From positions 1-64,000 of the IMG/VR virus record IMGVR_UViG_3300045988_069682: a DNA stretch of 64,000 nt; one strand, given 5' to 3'. The notes below the pieces were generated by a model, which was not told the DNA's origin, made no database searches, and was given only the letters and a program-made list of their open reading frames with translations. The translations under genes were made by a program, and so were the position numbers. Positions 15,345 to 21,365 of this stretch are shown piece by piece (the first letter of the stretch is position 1; each line of letters starts with the position of its first letter). The stretch is from a virus.

Positions 15345-16487
15345 ATGACAAAATATCGAGAAGGCTCTATATATTACGAAACAAACAGAGGCAAATGGCA
15401 CGCTTCCGTCGCCGACCCGCAAGGTCACAGAACGCACAAAAGGTTCGACACGGAAGTGGAAGCAAACGCTTGGCGCTTGAGCATGGCAGCGAAATACATC
15501 AAGGGTAATTATGTTGCGAAAAGCGACATGACTCTAGGGACATGGATTTTGCAATATCTCAGCATATTCGCTAAATCTAAAGTGAGAGAAAAGACCTTCT
15601 TGAACTACGCTAATACCGCTGCGCATATTAATGAAACATTGGCAGACGTAGAGCTGCAAAAACTTTCACCCATTGCAGTCCAGTCCTATATCAACAACGC
15701 AGACATGACAGACGGCATGAAAGACAGATTGGTAAAACTGCTTTGCCGTGCGTCAAAAAAAGCCATTGCAACAGGGCTGATAGAAAAAGACTTCATGGCT
15801 GGGGTAGAAGTGCTCAAACCTGAGCCGAAAGAAGTAGAGATTTTCTCCCCCGAAGAGCTGAATATAATTATGGAAACCATTGACAGCGACGCAAGACTTC
15901 GCAGGCATCATCTGCTTATTTCCGTTGCAATCGCGTCTGGCTGTCGGATGGGAGAGATATTGGCCCTAACACCACAGGATTTAGATGGAGATGCTATAAA
16001 AATCAACAAAAGCCTAGTGGAAGTTAATGGCGTAGCAAAGCTTCAACCACCAAAGACCAAAGCAGGATACAGGAGGATTCCTTTGCCGAAGAATATAATG
16101 GCAGAGCTTTATCAAGCTGCATATGCTCTTAAAGACGAGGAAATCATCAGAAACGCCAAAGGCAACCCGTGCTTAACTACTAACATCGACAAGACGTGGA
16201 AACGGATATTGAAGAAAGCGGGAATTCCTTACAGAAAATTTCATTGTCTGCGCCACACTCATGCGTCGATGCTGCTTGCTGCAGGTGTGCCTATATTGGA
16301 AGTAGCAAAGCGTCTGGGGCATTCTCGCCCTAGCCACACATTAAACCTCTATGGTCATGCTATTCCCGGCTATGACAGCCAAATGCCATCGCTTGTAGAG
16401 AAAGTTTTCAGTTTAGGAAACGGCAATCATGAAGATATTCTTGCCGCATCTTGCCTTGCTTTGCCCTCAACAACCGAAAAAAGTTGA
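15345..16487 (+). CDS. int: tyrosine site-specific integrase
   Basis: C-terminal catalytic pattern: ...CRMGEILAL..., HCLRHTHASMLL, GHSRPSHTLNLYGH (R-H-R-Y set). N-terminal SAM-like domain. AAAGGAGAA SD upstream. Confidence 0.93.
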   Translation: MTKYREGSIYYETNRGKWHASVADPQGHRTHKRFDTEVEANAWRLSMAAKYIKGNYVAKSDMTLGTWILQYLSIFAKSKVREKTFLNYANTAAHINETLADVELQKLSPIAVQSYINNADMTDGMKDRLVKLLCRASKKAIATGLIEKDFMAGVEVLKPEPKEVEIFSPEELNIIMETIDSDARLRRHHLLISVAIASGCRMGEILALTPQDLDGDAIKINKSLVEVNGVAKLQPPKTKAGYRRIPLPKNIMAELYQAAYALKDEEIIRNAKGNPCLTTNIDKTWKRILKKAGIPYRKFHCLRHTHASMLLAAGVPILEVAKRLGHSRPSHTLNLYGHAIPGYDSQMPSLVEKVFSLGNGNHEDILAASCLALPSTTEKS

Positions 16488-16762
16488 ACCACATTGCAAC
16501 CAAAACGCTACCTACTGATTGATTTTTGGGTAAAAGAAAACGCCCAGAAATGCCATTCCTAGGCGGTTTTTCAATGGAGCTACTGACAAGGTTTGAACTT
16601 GCGACCTACTGATTACGAATAAATAGTGGTAAATATCACTGACACGGCTCAACCCCTTGTACAGCAAGGCTTTCGAGATTTTCGGGAGCCTTGTTTTATT
16701 TGTCTTATTTGCCATATTTTGCCCTATTTTTTCATACTATCTGCAACCAAATTTGAACCACA
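16484..16762. mobile_element. attP region (tRNA-derived core flanked by arm-type repeats)
   Basis: TTGAACCACA occurs at 16484-93 and 16753-62, and TGCAACCAAA at 16495-504 and 16742-51. Both flank the tRNA-derived core at 16575-16620. Confidence 0.65.
16575..16620 (-). other. 3' 46 nt of a tRNA-Thr(CGU) (anticodon loop to CCA); integration core copy, not a complete tRNA
   Basis: The reverse complement reads TTCGTAA-TCAGT-AGGTC-GCAAG-TTCAAAC-CTTGT-CAGTAGC-T-CCA. There is no matching 5' half upstream. Confidence 0.75.
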
Positions 16763-16799
16763 AAGCAGCCTAGTTTGCAGATTTACTAGGCTGCTTTTA
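16763..16799. terminator. bidirectional intrinsic terminator closing the late/accessory transcription unit
   Basis: AGCAGCCTAGT-N10-ACTAGGCTGCT with flanking A and T runs. Confidence 0.7.
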
Positions 16800-16812
16800 T
16801 AGTGGTTTCAAT

Positions 16813-17274
16813 TCATTCTTCTCTTTTTGCTCTCATGCCCGCTATCCACAGGTCAAACACTTTGCCTTCCGCAGCATCGGGGTCGCACATATAGGCTTTG
16901 GCCATTCTGACGTGGTTATTCACATCGTTCCCCAGAACTTCCGCAAAATCGCTATGCAGCATATTCATAACGTAGTACCAGTCAGCCTTACATTGAATCC
17001 CTTGCTGGTCAGCAAGTTGGCTAGTTTGCTCATACGTCCAATGTTCACCGCATGTGCCGTCAACATTTTTCATTTTAGATACTGCCTTTTTTGCCAGTTC
17101 TTCATCGAAGTGCTGGCCATAAGCCACACAATGCAGCTTATATGCAGTGTCCCAAAACAATCTCGGACAGCGGCCGCGGATTTCCTCCAACGCTTCACAA
17201 ACTATTTCTTCCATTTCCTTAATCTTTTCCGGGTTGGCGCTTACTTGCTCCCAGTATTTCTCTAGCTTGTGCAT
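16813..17274 (-). CDS. accessory-module protein E, hypothetical (153 aa, Cys-containing, helical)
   Basis: TAAGGAGGCAGACACC upstream. No motif recognised. Confidence 0.7.
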   Translation of the reverse strand: MHKLEKYWEQVSANPEKIKEMEEIVCEALEEIRGRCPRLFWDTAYKLHCVAYGQHFDEELAKKAVSKMKNVDGTCGEHWTYEQTSQLADQQGIQCKADWYYVMNMLHSDFAEVLGNDVNNHVRMAKAYMCDPDAAEGKVFDLWIAGMRAKREE

Positions 17275-17287
17275 GGTGTCTGCCTCC

Positions 17288-17710
17288 TTATGCCATTTTT
17301 ACAACACTCAGAGAAGCGTTAGTAATCGTGCCAGCGGCGGTCGCCTGTACTTGCAGCATGGAGTTGTTGTTAATTACGCAACAACTCGGCAAAACGCGAA
17401 TCAGCGTAGCAAAGCTAACATTATATGTATCGCCAGTTGCTCCTGTCACTGTCGCTTCCGCTCCCGGCACAGCCGCGCCATTGCGGACGAGCTGCAAGCC
17501 AATGTCGCCAGCGGCAGTCGGTGTTACATCGGCGTTCAGTGTCACGAGATACAGGCCTCGAATCAAGTTCACGGCGTTGCTGCCAGCGATATGCCCGATT
17601 GCCACGCCAGTCAGCAGATTATTGGTAGGAAAATTCACGAATCCGTTCGCTGCCACGGCTTGCGCAGCGGTTGCGACGGTTGTTAGTGCGGATTTTTGAT
17701 TGCAAATCAT
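17288..17710 (-). CDS. accessory-module protein D, beta-rich; possibly a BclA-C/C1q-like or DUF3992(Ena)-like jelly roll (tentative)
   Basis: Start MICNQKS with GGGGTGAAACAA upstream. GLYLVTLNADVT...LQLVRNGAAVPGAE pattern and an internal SCC pair. Confidence 0.6.
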   Translation of the reverse strand: MICNQKSALTTVATAAQAVAANGFVNFPTNNLLTGVAIGHIAGSNAVNLIRGLYLVTLNADVTPTAAGDIGLQLVRNGAAVPGAEATVTGATGDTYNVSFATLIRVLPSCCVINNNSMLQVQATAAGTITNASLSVVKMA

Positions 17711-17790
17711 TTGTTTCACCCCTTTTGAAAGCAATAGGGACGGCTTGCACCGTCCCTAAAACACAGTGCAGTTGATGCACATATCTTGTC

Positions 17791-18513
17791 TTAACCTACA
17801 TTGTAAGCGCAGCCACAAGCGCCAGCTACGTTAGCAGCGACGCTTTGATACGGACTAGATGTAATGTAAGCGGGCTGCGGGTAAGGTCTCAGCGTACCGA
17901 TAAGGTTAGCGCTCTGAGCCTGTTGGGATAACTGGAAGTTAGCGGTCTGCAAATCACGGTCGCGGTCTGCGAGTTTGTCACGCAGGTCTTGAATCTGGTT
18001 GGCAATCAGCACTGCTCTGGTCTTTTCGCCGTCCTCTTTCACTGCGTTAACAATATCACAGGTGTTGCGCGCGTTTTCGTAACGTACTGCGTCAATGTTT
18101 CGGTTAGTTTCGCAGCAGCACTGTTGCTGTGCAAAGCGATTCTCCGCAAGCTGGTTGCCAAGTTGATAACCTGTCTGCATAAGGTCACGTTGAACGCCGT
18201 TAAAGCCATTAAGCATGGTAGTGTTTTGGGCATAAAAGCCGTCACACAGGCCGTTTTGAACACCGCGGATGCCGTCTTTAATGTCTTGCATTGAAAACTG
18301 GTCAGCAATCTGGTCGCGCGTCATAGAGCCGTTTGCAAAGATTTCAGCGCCCATGTTGCCACGATTGTTCCAGTTGCCTCCCCAACCGCCCATCATTACG
18401 AAAATAATGAGAATCCAAGCCCACCAGCCGCCGCCGAAGCCCATGCAGTCGCCATAGCCGCGGTTCATGTCCATTACAGGTACTACACCTGCGCCACCGT
18501 TTTCTAAAGTCAT
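17791..18513 (-). CDS. accessory-module protein C, membrane-anchored Q/N-rich protein with a CCC motif (240 aa)
   Basis: GFGGGWWAWILIIFVMMGGWGGNW TM segment, then QQQCCCETNRNIDAVRY, a coiled-coil-like stretch and a C-terminal GACGCAY. Confidence 0.7.
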   Translation of the reverse strand: MTLENGGAGVVPVMDMNRGYGDCMGFGGGWWAWILIIFVMMGGWGGNWNNRGNMGAEIFANGSMTRDQIADQFSMQDIKDGIRGVQNGLCDGFYAQNTTMLNGFNGVQRDLMQTGYQLGNQLAENRFAQQQCCCETNRNIDAVRYENARNTCDIVNAVKEDGEKTRAVLIANQIQDLRDKLADRDRDLQTANFQLSQQAQSANLIGTLRPYPQPAYITSSPYQSVAANVAGACGCAYNVG

Positions 18514-18561
18514 TATTGTTCACTCCTTTCGGTGAAAATATCTTATAACACCTTGTGCGCA

Positions 18562-18786
18562 TCAAAGTGTTAAGCCAAAATTAGATAGCATCTGGCGAAG
18601 CTGTTCGTCGCTCATGCCACGTTGCTTCGCAAGATTGCGTACAGTTTCTTTCAACTGCATCTCGTTTTTGCCTTGACCCATCTGCATAGCGCGCCCCATC
18701 ATGGGATTTTGCTGTGCCATTTGCGTCAGCATCTGCATAGGATTACCACTATTCTGTAACATCGCCATTATTTGCATCGGGTTCAT
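18562..18786 (-). CDS. accessory-module protein B, Met/Gln-rich small protein (74 aa)
   Basis: AGGAGG lies 8 nt upstream. Sequence MNPMQIMAMLQNSGNPMQMLTQMAQQNPMMGRAMQMGQG. Confidence 0.55.
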   Translation of the reverse strand: MNPMQIMAMLQNSGNPMQMLTQMAQQNPMMGRAMQMGQGKNEMQLKETVRNLAKQRGMSDEQLRQMLSNFGLTL

Positions 18787-19183
18787 GGTTCATGCCTCCT
18801 AGCTGTTTCTCTAACTTATCCACACGTTGAATCAAGTTATCCACACAACTTCGTTCAGCGTATACAACTTGCTTCTGCTCCTGCGGATTACTTAATTGGT
18901 AAACTCTGAATACAGGCAGCCCGTTGAGGTCAATAGACTTCTCGTAAATCTTTCCCTCCGCCGGGCATGGGAAGAAGGTGCTGCTGCCGTCAAGGTCTAT
19001 CTGAGCAGCCTTTGCTTCATCTATACCAGTCACCACTCTGCCTTTTAACGCTTGCGGCATCTGGCTCATAGGCATTTGCGGTTGCTGATACATCTGCATC
19101 TGTTGCTGCAAATAATTTAATCGCTGTTGCATCTGCGGCGCAGCTCCCACATAAGGATTCGGTGCGTATTGTTGTCCGTACAT
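18749..19183 (-). CDS. accessory-module protein A, Q-rich N-terminus + globular domain (144 aa; start refined to MYGQQYAP)
   Basis: GTGAGGTGATAACA upstream of the ATG at 19183. Confidence 0.65.
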   Translation of the reverse strand: MYGQQYAPNPYVGAAPQMQQRLNYLQQQMQMYQQPQMPMSQMPQALKGRVVTGIDEAKAAQIDLDGSSTFFPCPAEGKIYEKSIDLNGLPVFRVYQLSNPQEQKQVVYAERSCVDNLIQRVDKLEKQLGGMNHEPDANNGDVTE

Positions 19184-19247
19184 TGTTATCACCTCACACT
19201 TATATTTTGCGATATTTTTGTTAAATCGTTCTATCAATATTCCCTCA

Positions 19248-19577
19248 TCATTCAGACATTTGTTTTTTATTTAACGCATAAAAAAATAAGCCCCTTGAGC
19301 ATACGACACAAAGTCGTATACCCAAGGGGCTTCGTTTTATTCTAGATTTCAAAACACGTAAAACAGACTCATATGCAGCAGCAACATCACGTTCAACAGT
19401 CTTATCGGAAATATTCATTTCCATACCAATCTGGTAATTCATCAGTCCATCGACAAATCGCTTCTCGCAGATAACGTATTGCCGAGGACTGACTTTTGCT
19501 TCGTGCAGCACGGCGTAAAATTCTTCTCGCGTCGAATTATGCAGCCAGTCCCTTGCACGCTTTTTGAAATCATCCAT
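19248..19577 (-). CDS. sigma-70 region-4-like HTH transcription regulator
   Basis: VSPRQYVICEKRFVDGLMNYQIGMEMNISDKTVERDVAAAYESV fits the region-4 pattern (LSxRQ..V...R...G.....IA..L.IS..TV). The annotated stop lies beyond the terminator. Confidence 0.6.
   Translation of the reverse strand: MDDFKKRARDWLHNSTREEFYAVLHEAKVSPRQYVICEKRFVDGLMNYQIGMEMNISDKTVERDVAAAYESVLRVLKSRIKRSPLGIRLCVVCSRGLFFYALNKKQMSE
19278..19332 (-). terminator. strong intrinsic terminator (20-bp stem) between the late operon and the accessory module
   Basis: Minus sense: AAGCCCCTTGGGTATACGAC-TTTGT-GTCGTATGCTCAAGGGGCTT followed by ATTTTTTTAT. Confidence 0.8.
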
Positions 19578-19578
19578 A

Positions 19579-20010
19579 TTATGTTGCGATTGCCACCGCT
19601 AAAGCGCCGCCTAGCAATACCCACGCTATATTTCGCTGTGCCTTAATTATTTGTTGCTGCTTTTTTACCTCTTTCGCGTATAGTTCTAGTGAGTCGTTGG
19701 CAGTCTGCAATAGCAGCTCGTTGCTGCTCGATTGTTGCTTCAATGCTGTCAGCTCTGCTTGCAGCTTCTCGGTTTGCGCTTGCGCTTCGTTCAAGGCTGC
19801 TTGTGACTTCGCCAGCTCTGCTTTCAGCGCTCTGCAATCCCTCGCTAATTTGATGTTGCTGGCTGATAGCTGCTCCAACCTCGTGTCTAACAGCGTCAAT
19901 TCGCTCTCCGTTATCGTGTACTCGGCTTCCTGCGAAGAAGCAGAGGCAGGCAAAGGCAAGGCCAGCAATAAGCAGAATCCAGTGGCTTTTAATAAATTCT
20001 TTAGCTTCAT
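19579..20010 (-). CDS. signal-peptide/coiled-coil/C-terminal-TM protein (143 aa), lysis-associated?
   Basis: MKLKNLLKATGFCLLLALPLPASA, then a heptad-like coiled coil, then a C-terminal IAWVLLGGALAVAIAT. It abuts the next gene. A second full-length ORF overlaps it in another frame. Confidence 0.5.
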   Translation of the reverse strand: MKLKNLLKATGFCLLLALPLPASASSQEAEYTITESELTLLDTRLEQLSASNIKLARDCRALKAELAKSQAALNEAQAQTEKLQAELTALKQQSSSNELLLQTANDSLELYAKEVKKQQQIIKAQRNIAWVLLGGALAVAIAT

Positions 20011-20033
20011 TCATTGTTTACCTCATGAGATAC

Positions 20034-20060
20034 AACTGGGGGACAAATTGTCCCCCAGTT
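20034..20060. other. perfect 13-bp-arm palindrome/hairpin
   Basis: AACTGGGGGACAA-A-TTGTCCCCCAGTT. No U-tract follows on either strand. Confidence 0.7.
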
Positions 20061-20069
20061 AAAAGGAAA

Positions 20070-20180
20070 TTATAAACCAAAATAGTTGTGTAATGCTCCT
20101 AACGCAAAGCCCAGCACAAGTCCAGCCAGAAATTTCTTGTCAGTGACATACTCTAAAAACTTGTCAACTTTCTCCATCAT
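20070..20180 (-). CDS. small membrane peptide (36 aa, MMEKVDKFLEYVTDKKFLAGLVLGFALGALHNYFGL)
   Basis: Not in the track. AGGTAGGTG lies upstream, and it sits directly after the endolysin gene. Confidence 0.4.
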   Translation of the reverse strand: MMEKVDKFLEYVTDKKFLAGLVLGFALGALHNYFGL

Positions 20181-20200
20181 TGTTTATTCACCTACCTTTC

Positions 20201-20707
20201 TTAATGCAGTCTATACCATTCAGCGTTACCGCGGATGGTCTGCATCTTTTCATAAAGCTTTCTGCCGGGGCAAGCAGTCGCCATAAGGTCTCTGTGGCCT
20301 ACCACGACGTTTTTCGCCGCCGTCAGACTGTAGATATTGCACAGCTCACCAATGAGCGCAGAGAGGCTGTTAAGCTGCTCTGGAGTAGGGCGTGCAATCT
20401 CAAAGTTTCCGCACACATGGATACCGATAGTATCTCTGTTTCTACCGTAAGCATGAGCACCAACAGCCCATCTAGGTCTGCCTCGCTCGATTGTGCCATC
20501 CTTGCGGATAACATAATGGTAGCCGATGCCAGCCCAGCCCTGAGCTTTATGAGAGTCATGAATCTCTGCCGCCGACAGGTCATCATCCGTCGGATTGCCT
20601 GTATGATGCACCACAATCATATTGGTTTGTTGGCGCTCGTTCAAGCTGTCAAAATTTAAATCTGTTTCAACGATGTCCGTGTTTCTCACCGTCCTTTTCG
20701 TCCTCAA
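20201..20707 (-). CDS. N-acetylmuramoyl-L-alanine amidase endolysin (Amidase_2/PGRP fold)
   Basis: MIVVHHTGN, GWAGIGYHYVIRKDGTIERGRP, GAHAYGRNRDTIGIHVCGNF, ACPG. The start is ambiguous (TTG 20707, GTG 20689). Confidence 0.88.
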   Translation of the reverse strand: MRTKRTVRNTDIVETDLNFDSLNERQQTNMIVVHHTGNPTDDDLSAAEIHDSHKAQGWAGIGYHYVIRKDGTIERGRPRWAVGAHAYGRNRDTIGIHVCGNFEIARPTPEQLNSLSALIGELCNIYSLTAAKNVVVGHRDLMATACPGRKLYEKMQTIRGNAEWYRLH

Positions 20708-20999
20708 ACTTGTCGGGTATGCCGTTGCCGTTTACATCGACAAAACACCCGGCAATAAATGTCACGAAGCCAATCATAGCGGGGCCTATCATTTCTTTTA
20801 TTATCGCCAGCAAGTCGCTCATTATGATTTTGCCGAACCACGCTTGGTAGCACCATGCTGCGTAATACGTCAGCACCAACAGTACCACCAAAGCGAAGTA
20901 CGACATTATCATCCATTTAATAGGCGACTGCATATCGCTGACTTTGTTCTTTGCTACCTCAATATATTTTCCGAGATAGTCCTTGAACTTGCTGAACAT
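20667..20999 (-). CDS. holin-like membrane protein (110 aa, 2-3 TM, charged C-terminus)
   Basis: Hydrophobic segments WMIMSYFALVVLLVLTYYAAW and MIGFVTFIAGCFV. Lies immediately upstream of the endolysin. Confidence 0.6.
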   Translation of the reverse strand: MFSKFKDYLGKYIEVAKNKVSDMQSPIKWMIMSYFALVVLLVLTYYAAWCYQAWFGKIIMSDLLAIIKEMIGPAMIGFVTFIAGCFVDVNGNGIPDKFEDEKDGEKHGHR

Positions 21000-21277
21000 C
21001 AGTCATCAACACCTTTTGAACAGCAGCACTTGCGAACGTCGTCGACCTCTCTTTTAACCTCTTGATAGCGCAGCAATAAGGAATTTAACTGTTCCTCGGT
21101 AGTGGCCTGTGCTACACGAATGTCGTTTATAACCTTGGTCAGTTCTTTCACCGCAAGTGTGTTGTTGTCAATGCTCTGATGCAGTGCATCATTCTCAACT
21201 CTCTGCGGTTGAACAATCAGCCAAGCCCCCGCAAACGCCAGCCCGCTAATCAAAAAGCTCAGTAACTCTAAGTCCAT
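20999..21277 (-). CDS. N-terminal TM + coiled-coil protein with C-terminal CCC motif (92 aa)
   Basis: LLSFLISGLAFAGAWLIV TM helix and a C-terminal RKCCCSKG. TGATG coupling to the holin-like gene. Confidence 0.55.
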   Translation of the reverse strand: MDLELLSFLISGLAFAGAWLIVQPQRVENDALHQSIDNNTLAVKELTKVINDIRVAQATTEEQLNSLLLRYQEVKREVDDVRKCCCSKGVDD

Positions 21278-21365
21278 TTTTCACCTCTCAGAAAATAGTT
21301 TGAGCCACCGCGCAAGCAGTGGCTCTTTTTATATACAGCCGTTCCTAGGTAACGGCTCCCCCGAC

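Noticed and set aside
16575-16620. The partial tRNA as a prophage-host junction (attL/attR) separating two elements
   Set aside because: Phage genes lie on both sides in the canonical circular order (lysis, accessory genes, attP, int, repressor, cro). No 5' tRNA half or host gene is adjacent. A tandem-prophage explanation is less parsimonious but is not strictly excluded.
16512-16715. 67-aa minus-strand ORF from the track
   Set aside because: It runs through the tRNA-derived attP core and a terminator-like hairpin, and has no SD. The sequence is better explained as non-coding attP.
19643-20014. Annotating frame B as a definite second gene (spanin-like)
   Set aside because: The off-frame composition (Ala/Ser/Arg-rich) is what an Ala/Leu/Gln-rich coiled-coil gene produces in a shifted frame. 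A third ORF is also open on the opposite strand. It is reported as a finding to test, not as a feature.
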